From the NCBI GenBank assembly GCA_012838665.1, contig DUOX01000015.1, positions 29,133-93,132 on the forward strand: a DNA stretch of 64,000 bases. Reading direction: 5' to 3'. A model generated the notes under the pieces. That model was not told the DNA's origin. It saw only the letters and a program-made list of their open reading frames with translations, and searched no databases. The translations under genes and the position numbers were made by a program. This DNA comes from Clostridiales bacterium. Lineage in GTDB: Bacteria > Bacillota > Clostridia > Oscillospirales > Oscillospiraceae. This document shows, one piece after another, positions 1 through 9,597 of this stretch; positions within the stretch are counted from its first letter, which is position 1, and each line of letters opens with the position of its first letter.

Positions 1-10
1 AAGTACTAAA

Positions 11-1327
11 ATGACGCTTATATTACCCCAAGTTAGGGAGCTTTTTTCCAGAGACGGCCGTTTTAAACGCTGGCTTCGGGTGGAGGCGGCTTTGGCCAAT
101 GCCCAGGCAAAACTGGGCATTATCCCCGAACACATAGCCCGCGACATAGACGAAGCAGCCCATGTTGAAAAGCTGGACCTGGGACGCTATGACGAACTCT
201 ATGAAAGGACAGGCCATCCAATGATGGCCATGCTCCGCCTGTTGGAGGTGGCCGCGGGTCCCGAGAGCGGCCAGTACATCCACTTGGGCGCCACCACACA
301 GGACATCATGGACACCGCTATGGTGTTGGCCCTGAAGGAAATGTTTGACCTGACCCGGTCCAAGCTGGTGAGCATACAAAATTCAGTTCTTAACCTGTGC
401 GAGAAGCATGCGGACACGCCCATGATAGGCCGTACCCACAATGTGCAGGCCCTGCCCATTACCTTCGGCTATAAGGCCGCCGTCTGGGCCGACGAACTGG
501 AGCGGTGCATACAGCGCCTGGACCAGAGCCGTGAGCGCATTCTGGCCCTCCAGCTTTCCGGCGCTGTGGGCTCCATGGTCTCCTTCGGCAATGACGGCCC
601 CGCCATTCAGGAGAAAATGGCGGAGGAGCTGGGCATTAACGTGCCTGCCATAAGCTGGCATGCCAGTCGGGACAGGCTGGCCGAGTTTGTGGGCAATCTG
701 GCTCTTATAGGCGGCTGCTTGGGCCGCATTGCTCAGGAGGTATATCTGCTGATGGGCACAGAATTCGGCGAACTGTCCGAGCCCTGGGCCGAGGGCAAGG
801 TGGGCTCCTCCACCATGCCGCACAAGATAAACCCCACTTCCACCCAGCACATGATGAGCCTGGCCCGTGATATCAGGTATCACAACGCCGCGGTGCTGGA
901 GATGATGTGTGTGGACCATGAGCGGAACATCATGCACTTTGTGGGGGAACGGGAGCATATTGAGGAGTGCTGCGTGGCTGCCGGCGAGCTGCTGGACAGG
1001 GCGGACGAACTTATGGCAGGACTGCAGGTGAACGAGGCCAACATGCTTGCCAACCTGAACCGCCTGGGAGGTTTGACCCAATCCGAAAATGTCATGCTGG
1101 AACTGGGCCACAAGATAGGCAAACAACATGCCCATGAGCTTGTAAACAAGATTGCCGTAGGTGCATTTTTGAATGGGAAAAACTTTGAGGAAGAGCTGAA
1201 AAAAAATAAAACCGTGATGGATGCGCTGGATCCGGAACACATTCACGACCTGCTTGACCCCATGCAGTACATTGGTGCATGTCCGGAACTGGCCAGGCAA
1301 ATCGCACGGAAATTGAGAAAAGAGTGA
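11..1327 (+). CDS. Fumarate-lyase (class II fumarase/aspartase) superfamily enzyme, adenylosuccinate lyase / 3-carboxy-cis,cis-muconate cycloisomerase-like
   Basis: 438-aa ORF with the superfamily signature loop GSSTMPHKINP and the HLGATTQDIMDT motif. Only 4 nt separate it from the next gene. Confidence 0.85.
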   Translation: MTLILPQVRELFSRDGRFKRWLRVEAALANAQAKLGIIPEHIARDIDEAAHVEKLDLGRYDELYERTGHPMMAMLRLLEVAAGPESGQYIHLGATTQDIMDTAMVLALKEMFDLTRSKLVSIQNSVLNLCEKHADTPMIGRTHNVQALPITFGYKAAVWADELERCIQRLDQSRERILALQLSGAVGSMVSFGNDGPAIQEKMAEELGINVPAISWHASRDRLAEFVGNLALIGGCLGRIAQEVYLLMGTEFGELSEPWAEGKVGSSTMPHKINPTSTQHMMSLARDIRYHNAAVLEMMCVDHERNIMHFVGEREHIEECCVAAGELLDRADELMAGLQVNEANMLANLNRLGGLTQSENVMLELGHKIGKQHAHELVNKIAVGAFLNGKNFEEELKKNKTVMDALDPEHIHDLLDPMQYIGACPELARQIARKLRKE

Positions 1328-1331
1328 TTTT

Positions 1332-2510
1332 ATGACTCCAATTTTGGAAGAAAGCCTGAAGCTTCACTACGAGAAGCGGGGCAAAATTGAAGTAATATCT
1401 ACTGTACCGGTGAAAAGCACTCACGACCTGTCCCTTGCCTATACACCCGGTGTGGCTCAACCCTGCCTGGAGATACAGAAAGACGTAAACAAGAGCTATG
1501 AACTCACCCGCCGCTGGAATATGTGCCTGGTAGTCACTGACGGAAGCGCTGTCCTTGGCTTGGGCGACATAGGCCCTGAGGCGGCCATGCCTGTCATGGA
1601 GGGTAAATGCGTCCTTTTCAAGGAACTGGGGGACGTAGATGCCTTCCCCCTTTGTATAAAAAGTCACGATGTGGACGAGATTGTTCGTACCATCCAGCTT
1701 ATATCCGGCTCCTTCGGCGGTGTCAACCTAGAGGACATTTCTTCCCCCCGCTGCTTTGAAATTGAGGAGAAGCTGAAGGCCTGCTGTGACATTCCAATCT
1801 TCCACGACGACCAGCACGGGACCGCCATAATAACTCTGGCCGGTCTGATTAACGCCCTCAAGGTGGTAGGCAAAAAGATAGAGGAAATCCGCGTGGTAAT
1901 TAGCGGCGCGGGAGCGGCGGCCATTGCCATCTGCAAGCTGCTACTGTCTGCCGGAGTTGGGGATATAATCCTGTGCGACCGGGCCGGCGCCATATACAAG
2001 GGCCGTGGAGAGGGCGTGAATTCTATAAAAGAACAGATTGCCCAGGTGACAAACCTAGACCGTAAGCAGGGCACTCTTGCGGATATGCTTGTTGGTACCG
2101 ATGTGTTTATCGGCGTGTCCGGATCCGGAATGGTGACCACAGAGATGGTGAGAAGCATGAACCAGGACGCCATCATCTTCGCCTGTGCAAACCCCACTCC
2201 CGAGATTTTCCCGGACGAGGCAAAGGCTGGCGGAGCCGCCGTGGTTGCCACCGGCCGCAGCGATTTCCCCAACCAAATCAACAACGTGCTTGCCTTTCCC
2301 GGTATCTTTAGGGGAGCCTTCGATGTGCGAGCCAGTGCCATCAACGAGGAGATGAAGATGGCTGCCTCTCATGCTATTGCCAATCTCATTTCCGATGAAG
2401 AGCTCAACGCTGACTATATAATTCCCGCTGCTTTTGACCCCCGCGTCGGCACGGCTGTTGCCGCCGCCGTGGCAGATGCCGCCCGACGTACCGGAGTAGC
2501 CCGTATCTGA
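1332..2510 (+). CDS. NAD(P)-dependent malic enzyme (short prokaryotic type)
   Basis: 392-aa ORF. LSLAYTPGVA, FHDDQHGTA and the Rossmann GAGAAAIA motifs are typical of oxaloacetate-decarboxylating malate dehydrogenases. Confidence 0.9.
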   Translation: MTPILEESLKLHYEKRGKIEVISTVPVKSTHDLSLAYTPGVAQPCLEIQKDVNKSYELTRRWNMCLVVTDGSAVLGLGDIGPEAAMPVMEGKCVLFKELGDVDAFPLCIKSHDVDEIVRTIQLISGSFGGVNLEDISSPRCFEIEEKLKACCDIPIFHDDQHGTAIITLAGLINALKVVGKKIEEIRVVISGAGAAAIAICKLLLSAGVGDIILCDRAGAIYKGRGEGVNSIKEQIAQVTNLDRKQGTLADMLVGTDVFIGVSGSGMVTTEMVRSMNQDAIIFACANPTPEIFPDEAKAGGAAVVATGRSDFPNQINNVLAFPGIFRGAFDVRASAINEEMKMAASHAIANLISDEELNADYIIPAAFDPRVGTAVAAAVADAARRTGVARI

Positions 2511-2520
2511 GGAGGACATT

Positions 2521-3276
2521 ATGCTAGCTAAATTGATTGAGTTTCGTTCCGTAACCGAACGCGATGCCCTATATGTATTTGATTGCCCCGAACTTGCCCG
2601 GGCTGCCAGCCCCGGACAGATTGTGGAATTAAAAATAAACGACTGTCTGGACCCCTTCCTGCGTAGGCCGCTCAGTATCTTTGATGTTGAGGGCGACACT
2701 TTTTCCCTGCTGGTGCGAACTGTGGGGCGGGGTACTGAGTATATGACCCGCTGGAAACCCGGTGTTGAAGTAGACGTTTTGGGCCCGCTGGGCAAAGGCT
2801 TCTCCTGGTCAGAAAAGGAAGAAACCTTCGCTCTGGTAGGCGGCGGAGTCGGCATGGCTTCCCTAAACTTCCTTGCCCGCCGTTTGCTTGAACAGGGCAA
2901 GCAGGTTCACCTGCTGTTCTCACCAAAGCGGGACAGCCAGCTGCTGAATGCCTTGCCCCAACCGGAGCGTATGGATATCAGTTTCGCCGAGAACCGCACT
3001 GCCCTCCCTGCCGCCTTGAACGCTCTATTGGCAAAGGGAATCGACCGCGTGTTCTGTTGCGGCCCCGATGGACTGATGGAGATCGTGGCAAAAACTTCAA
3101 TGGCCAACAATATTCCGTGCCAGTTATCTATGGAGCGGCATATGGCCTGCGGTATAGGCATTTGTTTGGGCTGTGCCATCGCTATACGTACGGAGCAGGG
3201 CCTGACCTATAAAAAAGCCTGCAAAGACGGCCCGGTTTTCGAGGCCGAGGAGGTGTCTTTCCATGAAGAACATTAA
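2521..3276 (+). CDS. PyrK-like electron-transfer subunit (FAD/NAD-binding, 2Fe-2S) of a class 1B dihydroorotate dehydrogenase-type enzyme
   Basis: 251-aa ORF with a ferredoxin-reductase-like fold and a C-terminal Cys cluster (MACGIGICLGC ... C). GAGGAGGA SD upstream. Overlaps the next ORF by 14 nt. Confidence 0.8.
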   Translation: MLAKLIEFRSVTERDALYVFDCPELARAASPGQIVELKINDCLDPFLRRPLSIFDVEGDTFSLLVRTVGRGTEYMTRWKPGVEVDVLGPLGKGFSWSEKEETFALVGGGVGMASLNFLARRLLEQGKQVHLLFSPKRDSQLLNALPQPERMDISFAENRTALPAALNALLAKGIDRVFCCGPDGLMEIVAKTSMANNIPCQLSMERHMACGIGICLGCAIAIRTEQGLTYKKACKDGPVFEAEEVSFHEEH

Positions 3277-4186
3277 AACTAAGCTGGGACAGGCGGAGTT
3301 CCGCAATCCGGTCCTTGGCGCGTCCGGCTGTACTGGCTACGCCTATGAGCTGGAATCATATACAGACCTGTCCCGCTACGGCGCCGTGACCTTGAAAACC
3401 GTCACCTATACGCCTCGTCACGGCAACCACCCCGAGAGGATTGCGGAGGTACCCGCGGGAATCATCTCATCTATCGGCCTGCAAAACCCCGGACCGGATG
3501 TTTTCTTTGACGACACAATGCCTAAAGTGATTGACGCATTGGATCGTGATCAAATTATCGTAAGCGTGGCCGGGGATACCATTGAGGAGTATGTGGAACT
3601 GTGCTGCCGCACCTCCCAGCGCTACGGCGAAAAAATTGCAGCCCTGGAGATAAACGCAGCCTGTCCCAATGTCAGGTTCGGCGTGGGCTATTTCAGCCGT
3701 GACCCCCAGGCGGCCTTTGATTTGATAGAGACCGTAAAATCCGCTGTGTCCCTGCCCGTCTTTTTTAAGTTTAACACAAACTTTGAAAACTACCTGGAGG
3801 TGGCCTCGGCCATTGATGAGGCCGGCGTGGATGCCCTGTATACCTCCAATACTCCTCTGGGTTTAAAGATTAATATAAGAACCAGGCGGCCCGCCATAGG
3901 CAATGTGGTCGGCCCCATCTGCGGCCCGGCTATACGCCCCATTGGAATGCTGCGTGTTTGGAACCTTTACCAGAAGGTAAAGATGCCCATCATAGCCAGC
4001 GGCGGCGTGTATACATGGGAGGACGCGTTGGAATATATGCTGGCCGGCGCCGCTGCCGTAGGAGTGGGAAGCGCGCAGTTTGTCCAGCCGGATGTTGTCA
4101 AGCACATAGTGGACGGCCTGGAGCGTTATATGGAAAGGGAAAGTCTGGACAGCCTGACCTCACTTGTAGGCGCTGCTCACAGATAA
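3263..4186 (+). CDS. Class 1B dihydroorotate dehydrogenase catalytic-subunit-like flavoprotein (divergent PyrD paralog)
   Basis: 307-aa ORF with NPVLGASG, IGLQNPG and the catalytic-Cys motif LEINAACPNV. The loop VGPICGPAIRP diverges from the GGLSGPAIKP I recall from canonical PyrD proteins. No other pyr biosynthetic genes are adjacent. Confidence 0.8.
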   Translation: MKNIKTKLGQAEFRNPVLGASGCTGYAYELESYTDLSRYGAVTLKTVTYTPRHGNHPERIAEVPAGIISSIGLQNPGPDVFFDDTMPKVIDALDRDQIIVSVAGDTIEEYVELCCRTSQRYGEKIAALEINAACPNVRFGVGYFSRDPQAAFDLIETVKSAVSLPVFFKFNTNFENYLEVASAIDEAGVDALYTSNTPLGLKINIRTRRPAIGNVVGPICGPAIRPIGMLRVWNLYQKVKMPIIASGGVYTWEDALEYMLAGAAAVGVGSAQFVQPDVVKHIVDGLERYMERESLDSLTSLVGAAHR

Positions 4187-4202
4187 TTTCCATTAATATA
4201 AA

Positions 4203-4240
4203 ACATCCCCTGACTAGCTAGTCAGGGGATGTCCGCTTTT
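4203..4240. terminator. Bidirectional rho-independent terminator between convergent operons
   Basis: Perfect 30-nt palindrome ACATCCCCTGACTAG/CTAGTCAGGGGATGT, followed by CCGCTTTT on the + strand. Confidence 0.7.
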
Positions 4241-4248
4241 ATCCGGAG

Positions 4249-5415
4249 TTAAAAGTATATGGCATTGGTGGGGCAAAGGGAGGCACACAGGCCGCAGCAC
4301 TCGCACCTTTCCGGGTCTACCTTCGCCTTTCTATCCCGCAGCTCAATGGCGCGGCAGAAGGCAATTTTGGCACAGGTACCGCAGCCGCGGCACAGCTCGG
4401 GGTTAACCTTGGCGGCCGGGCCAATGGCATAGTCCAGTTCGCTGTTCGGAACTATGTACTTTAACGCTTGCCCGCGTATCTGTCCAATGGTTTCATAGCC
4501 GTTCTCCTCCATGAAGCGGAGAATCTCGCTGTTCAGCCTGGTCAGTATCTCAAAGCCCTCTAGCATTACCTGAGTAAAGATAAAGGTCAGGGAGGCTCCA
4601 AACATAATAGTCTCTATGACATGCTCGGCGCATGAGATGCCGCCTCCGCCCATAATGGGCAGCGAGGGCGCAGCCTGGGCCGCCTCCACAACCACACGGT
4701 TGGAGGCCAGACGGATGGCCGGGCCGTTGACGCCTCCGAGGCTGCACTGCGGCAAATCGGCCAGTTTGGGGCGGCCGCCGTTGTAAATATCTATGGGGAA
4801 AGTGCCTCGGGGACTGCAAAAGGCCGTAATGCCGCTGGCTCCAGCCTCTGCCGCCGCAGCGCACAGCGCCGCGGTATTGGTTCCGTCGCCGGAAAACTTC
4901 ACCCAAACGGGTATGTCCACAGCTTTTGTCAGGGCCGAAATAACGTCCGCAGCCTTTGCGGGGTTCTGGCTCATACTGGCGCCGTACTGGAAACCGCCTT
5001 CGCCAATTTTGGCCGGCGGGTTGGGACAGGCAAAGTTCAGCTCCAGACCGTCGGCGCCGGCGTCTTCCAACTGCTGCCCCAGCTCCACCCAGGTACCCAC
5101 GTTTTCGCCGGCCCCCAGGATATTGGCAAGGAGAGGAATATCCGTAACTTCCTTGGACTGCCGAATAAGCTCTGCGGTTTTTTGCGGGTTGAGCCGCCTG
5201 TCGCTGGGATTAAAAAAATACAGTCCACGCTGGGCGCACATCTTGCGTACGCCGGGCCGGGGCTCCGTCCAGGCAGTCTGCTTAATGCTTACGGCGCCTG
5301 CGCCACAGTCAGCCGCCTTTTTTATCAGGTCCACCCTGTCTGAAAGAGGGCCGGCGCCAATCACCAGCGGACTGCGAAACCGGATTCCTCCAATAACCTG
5401 TTCTAGTGTACTCAT
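4249..5415 (-). CDS. DHOD/dihydropyrimidine-dehydrogenase (PreA)-like flavoprotein with C-terminal 2x[4Fe-4S] ferredoxin domain
   Basis: 388-aa ORF with a DHO_dh-type TIM barrel (LELNFACPNP catalytic-Cys motif, GGVNGPAIR). The C-terminus carries CRGCGTCAKIAFC and CECCGLCASLCP cluster motifs. Confidence 0.8.
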   Translation of the reverse strand: MSTLEQVIGGIRFRSPLVIGAGPLSDRVDLIKKAADCGAGAVSIKQTAWTEPRPGVRKMCAQRGLYFFNPSDRRLNPQKTAELIRQSKEVTDIPLLANILGAGENVGTWVELGQQLEDAGADGLELNFACPNPPAKIGEGGFQYGASMSQNPAKAADVISALTKAVDIPVWVKFSGDGTNTAALCAAAAEAGASGITAFCSPRGTFPIDIYNGGRPKLADLPQCSLGGVNGPAIRLASNRVVVEAAQAAPSLPIMGGGGISCAEHVIETIMFGASLTFIFTQVMLEGFEILTRLNSEILRFMEENGYETIGQIRGQALKYIVPNSELDYAIGPAAKVNPELCRGCGTCAKIAFCRAIELRDRKAKVDPERCECCGLCASLCPTNAIYF

Positions 5416-5485
5416 CTGTTTAATTCCTTTCTGCGCAACCTAGAACCGGGAGGAACCCAAGGGGGAACCACCCGGCAAAGAAACA

Positions 5486-6691
5486 CTAAGCTTCCATATA
5501 GAAGGACTCATAAACCTTAGACTCATCAATATCCAGACCAATGCCGGACGCCTCCGGCGGCGTGAAGTAACCGTCCAAAGGCCGGCACGGCGTCTTGAGG
5601 AAGTATTGAGAGGCCTCCCCCACCAACATCAAATATTCCGCAACGGGAACCAGACTGGAGGAATATGAGCAGGACATATGTACGCCCAGACTTGGCAGGC
5701 TGTTGTGTAGAGAGACCTGGCGGTCATAGGCTGAAATCAGGGCTATTATGCGGGCAGTCTCCGATATACCGCCGCTCCATGCCGGGTCAGGCTGATATAG
5801 CGCACAGGCATCCACATCCAGCAACCTTTTGAAACCCCAGCGGGTGTACTCGTGCTCGCCGCCTGAGATGGGTATGGGGCAGCGCTCATTGAGATATGCA
5901 TAGCTCTCCGTCAGGTCGGCCATAACCGGCTCCTCAATCCATGCCAGATCGTATTCCTTAAGGCGCTCCGCGATTCGCATTGTATAGCGCACATCCCAGC
6001 TGGACCAGGCATCCAGCATGAGCCTTACGTTTTTACCGGCAGCCTCCCGAAGGAGGCGTACGGTTTCCACGGTCCTGTTCATGCCCTCATCACCGGCGGC
6101 GGGGCCGTAGGAAACTCCCCACTTGATGGCGGTGAAGCCGCGGCTTATCAGGTCCCTGACGGCCTCTTTTATGCTTTCGGGGTCTTGGGGATAACCTGCA
6201 GTGTTGGCATAAGCCGGAATCTTCTCCTGTACTTTTCCTCCCAACAGCTTATAAAGCGGCAGACCGCAGGCTTTCCCGCGTATATCCCACAGGGCGCAGT
6301 CCACATAGCTGATGGCCTGCATATTCTCGCCCTTTCGGCCGTTGACACAGGCCCGGTACATAATGTCCCAAAGCCTCTCGACATTCCAAGGATCCTGACC
6401 TAGAAGGATGGGTTTTAAATAGGTCAGTATATACACCGGGGGCATGGGATTGCTGATGGGACCCACCACGCCGGTAATTCCCTCATCAGTCTCTATGAGC
6501 AGAAAATTCTGAGTGATACGATACGTACCGTCGGGCTGGGGCACATGGGTTACGCTTATGTGCCCCTTTTTCTTAAAGCCCAGATGAATATCGGTGGGTG
6601 CCACACGGACCACCTTTTTATTATCGTATATCATTCCGGGCTTATCGTCTATGCCCACCAGTGTTCTTATTTTAACGTCCGTAATTTTCAT
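5486..6691 (-). CDS. Enolase-superfamily enzyme (mandelate racemase / muconate lactonizing enzyme family; dehydratase or cycloisomerase)
   Basis: Start taken at MKITDVKIRT (ATG at 6691, 4 nt after the upstream stop) rather than at the track start 6742. Putative metal-ligand motifs: LMLDAW, WIEEP, SGGEHE. Confidence 0.85.
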   Translation of the reverse strand: MKITDVKIRTLVGIDDKPGMIYDNKKVVRVAPTDIHLGFKKKGHISVTHVPQPDGTYRITQNFLLIETDEGITGVVGPISNPMPPVYILTYLKPILLGQDPWNVERLWDIMYRACVNGRKGENMQAISYVDCALWDIRGKACGLPLYKLLGGKVQEKIPAYANTAGYPQDPESIKEAVRDLISRGFTAIKWGVSYGPAAGDEGMNRTVETVRLLREAAGKNVRLMLDAWSSWDVRYTMRIAERLKEYDLAWIEEPVMADLTESYAYLNERCPIPISGGEHEYTRWGFKRLLDVDACALYQPDPAWSGGISETARIIALISAYDRQVSLHNSLPSLGVHMSCSYSSSLVPVAEYLMLVGEASQYFLKTPCRPLDGYFTPPEASGIGLDIDESKVYESFYMEA

Positions 6692-6695
6692 TGAC

Positions 6696-8069
6696 TTAGT
6701 TGTTAATAACGTACTGGCCCCAGCCGGGTTCGCAATCCACAACGCCGTCGCTCATGATGACACGGCCACGCACCACAGTGTTTTTGACCTTTCCTTTCAT
6801 CTTGCGACCAAGATAGGGGTTGATCTGAGTCTTGGAATATATCTTATAATCTTTATCGATGGTCCACTCCTCGTTCAGATCCACAATGGTAAAGTCGGCA
6901 TCAGTACCAATCAGGTTTGAGCCCTTGCGGGGATACAGGTTAAAGGCCTTGGCAAAGTTGACGGAGGTAATCTCCACCAAACGCTGCAGGTTGTAGCATC
7001 CCTCGTTCATGTGGCTGACCAGCAGGTGACCGAAGAAGTCCAGCATGGCAAATCCGGCTCCGGTGTTCAGCGCGTCCAGATGGTTGTACTCTTCGGGTGC
7101 ATGGGGCGCATGGTCAGAGCCTATCATCTGGAGCGTGCCGTCCCGGACGGCCTCCCAAATCTTCTCCTTGTCGGGACGGGCGTCGTGGCCCACAATGATG
7201 TTCTTTCCGGTGGGAACGTGGTATATCTCATCGGGAGCGTCTATGGAAGGCATGTACTCGAAGCTGGTCACGATGGTCATCTTGCCCTCAGCCTTCAGCA
7301 GGCGCAGCAAATCAATGTAGCCGGGCATCCAGGCGTGCATGGCATACCACTTCATACCCGTCTTGCGGGCGAAGTAGGCCAGCTGCCAGACGGCGCCGCT
7401 CATCTCCTCATCGGTGTACCACTTGTAACGTACATTCTCCAGGGTGATGGGCAGTCCCTGAGCCTTGGTCTCCTCCACGGCGGCATCGAAAAAGTACTTG
7501 TCAAAGGGATGTATGCAGCAGTACTTTCCGGTGGCGGCCACGTTCTCGAAGGCTTTATAAATTTTGTGAGTATCCAAGGTGCCGGCGGTAGTGTTATACG
7601 GATATGTGGCGACCTTTTGGAAAATCTTGAAGAAGATGGTGCCTGCCTCGGCAATATGCTTTACATCCTCGGCGCTGCCCAGTGGAGAACCCACAGGGGA
7701 GAAATCCACAATGGAGCGGGCTTTTCCGGCCTCAACTTCCTGCATATAGGCCTCCAGAGTGGAGGGAACCGGCTTTACGTTGGGCTGGGGACAGACAAAG
7801 GTATACCCGCTGTTGGCGGCGGCGCATGTGCCTGTATAAAAGTCTTCTTTGTGGGTAAGACCCGGATCACGCAGGTGGCAGTGGGGATCTATAAAGCCAG
7901 GGAATACGTGACGGCCCCGGGCATCAACAACTTTCGCGGCCTCAGGCTCTGTTCCGTGGGGAAGATGAGCGGCAATCTTGCCGTCGGCGGTACATATATT
8001 GACTGGCAGAAACTCGCCTTCCATATACACCAGGCCGTTCTTAATAAGAAGTTCGTACATGGTAATCAT
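6696..8069 (-). CDS. Cyclic amidohydrolase, dihydroorotase (class I PyrC)-like
   Basis: 457-aa ORF. IDPHCHLRDPGLTHKEDFYTGTCAAANSGYTFVCPQPNVKP resembles the DHOase class I HxH / KE / MPNT region as I recall it. Confidence 0.8.
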   Translation of the reverse strand: MITMYELLIKNGLVYMEGEFLPVNICTADGKIAAHLPHGTEPEAAKVVDARGRHVFPGFIDPHCHLRDPGLTHKEDFYTGTCAAANSGYTFVCPQPNVKPVPSTLEAYMQEVEAGKARSIVDFSPVGSPLGSAEDVKHIAEAGTIFFKIFQKVATYPYNTTAGTLDTHKIYKAFENVAATGKYCCIHPFDKYFFDAAVEETKAQGLPITLENVRYKWYTDEEMSGAVWQLAYFARKTGMKWYAMHAWMPGYIDLLRLLKAEGKMTIVTSFEYMPSIDAPDEIYHVPTGKNIIVGHDARPDKEKIWEAVRDGTLQMIGSDHAPHAPEEYNHLDALNTGAGFAMLDFFGHLLVSHMNEGCYNLQRLVEITSVNFAKAFNLYPRKGSNLIGTDADFTIVDLNEEWTIDKDYKIYSKTQINPYLGRKMKGKVKNTVVRGRVIMSDGVVDCEPGWGQYVINN

Positions 8070-8110
8070 CCTTTCAAAAATATTCTGCCGGGGTTGTCGG
8101 GATTGTTTAA

Positions 8111-8824
8111 TCAGCCTCCCAGGTATATTTCACGTACACGGTCATCCTCCAACAAATCCGCGGACTTGCCGCTAAAAGCCACGATGCCGGTTTCAATGAC
8201 GTAGGCCCGATTGGAAAACTTAAGCGCCATATTGGCATCCTGCTCCACCAGCACGATGGTGGTACCCTTGCGGTTGATGTCCATCAATGCGTCAAACAGT
8301 GACTCCACCAGTACAGGCGCCAATCCCATAGACAGCTCGTCAATCAGCAGCAGCTTGGGTCGGGACATCAGCGCACGGCTGACAGCCAGCATCTGCTGCT
8401 CACCGCCGGAAAGGTTGCCGCCCTTCTGATGGGCGCGCTCCTTCAGCTTGGGAAAGATGCCGAACACCAGGTCATAATCCGGCGTCAGGTCCTCCTTTTT
8501 GCTGCGGGTGTAGGCGCCCATTTTCAAATTCTCCAGTACGCTCAACTCGCTAAAAATCTGCCGTCCCTCGGGCACCATGGCGATGCCCATTCTGACAATC
8601 TTGTCGGAACCGGTCCTGGTAATGTCATTGCCTTCAAATTCCACAGTGCCGGAACTCTTATTCATCACGCCGACAATGCACTTGAGCAGCGTGGATTTGC
8701 CGGCGCCGTTGGCACCGATAACGGTGACGATTTCACCCTTTTCGACTTCCAGGGAGACTCCTTTCAGAGCGTTTATGCTTCCATAGTGGGCAGTCAAGTC
8801 GTTAACCTTTAAAATTGTGCTCAT
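8111..8824 (-). CDS. livF: Branched-chain-amino-acid-type (HAAT family) ABC transporter ATP-binding protein, LivF-like
   Basis: 237-aa ORF with Walker A GANGAGKST, signature LSGGEQQML and Walker B LLLIDE. 4-nt overlap with the upstream livG-like ORF. Confidence 0.9.
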   Translation of the reverse strand: MSTILKVNDLTAHYGSINALKGVSLEVEKGEIVTVIGANGAGKSTLLKCIVGVMNKSSGTVEFEGNDITRTGSDKIVRMGIAMVPEGRQIFSELSVLENLKMGAYTRSKKEDLTPDYDLVFGIFPKLKERAHQKGGNLSGGEQQMLAVSRALMSRPKLLLIDELSMGLAPVLVESLFDALMDINRKGTTIVLVEQDANMALKFSNRAYVIETGIVAFSGKSADLLEDDRVREIYLGG

Positions 8825-9594
8825 TGCAGCGTACCTCCCGTTCCGAGATAAGCCTCCATCACAGCCTGATTGTGCTGTATCTCAGCCGGTACCCCCTCGG
8901 CTATCTTCTGGCCGTGATTTAATACCGTAACAACATCGGAAATGCCCATGGCCACGCGCATGTTGTGCTCCACAATAAGGATGGTAACGCCGCTTGCCTT
9001 TATTTTGTTGATAGTCTCCATGAGCTCAACACTTTCCGAAAGGTTCATTCCGGCGGCGGGTTCGTCCAGCAGCAACATGCTGGGCTCCAGCGCCAGGGCA
9101 CGGGCAATCTCCAGCAGGCGCTTCTTGCCATAGGGCAGGCTGCCGGCTTTCTTCTCGGCTTCATCTGCCAGATTTACAAAATCCAGCAGCTCCAGGGAGC
9201 GTGACCGGGACAGCTTTTCTTCCCGCCGGATGCGTGGAGTGCAAAAGATGGACTCCACCAGCGGCTGCTTTGTTTTAAGGTGCCGGCCTATCATAACGTT
9301 TTCACAAACAGTCATGTCATCAAACAACAGGATGTTCTGGAAAGTGCGGCCTATGCCCAGCTCCGCCACTTCGTGGGACTTTTTGGAGTTAATCTCCACG
9401 CCCTTGAACACCACCCGTCCGGAAGTGGGGATATAGATACCGGAAATCACATTAAACAGGGTGGTCTTGCCGGCGCCATTGGGGCCCAGGAGAGCATGGA
9501 TTTCTCCCTCCTGAATTTCCAGATCCACGGAGTCCACGGCGGTCAGGCCACCAAACTGCATAGTTACAGCTTCAGTTTTCAAAATAGTCCCCAT
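8821..9594 (-). CDS. livG: HAAT-family ABC transporter ATP-binding protein, LivG-like
   Basis: 257-aa ORF with Walker A GPNGAGKTT, signature LPYGKKRLLEIARAL and Walker B LLLDEPAAG. Confidence 0.9.
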   Translation of the reverse strand: MGTILKTEAVTMQFGGLTAVDSVDLEIQEGEIHALLGPNGAGKTTLFNVISGIYIPTSGRVVFKGVEINSKKSHEVAELGIGRTFQNILLFDDMTVCENVMIGRHLKTKQPLVESIFCTPRIRREEKLSRSRSLELLDFVNLADEAEKKAGSLPYGKKRLLEIARALALEPSMLLLDEPAAGMNLSESVELMETINKIKASGVTILIVEHNMRVAMGISDVVTVLNHGQKIAEGVPAEIQHNQAVMEAYLGTGGTLQ

Positions 9595-9597
9595 GGA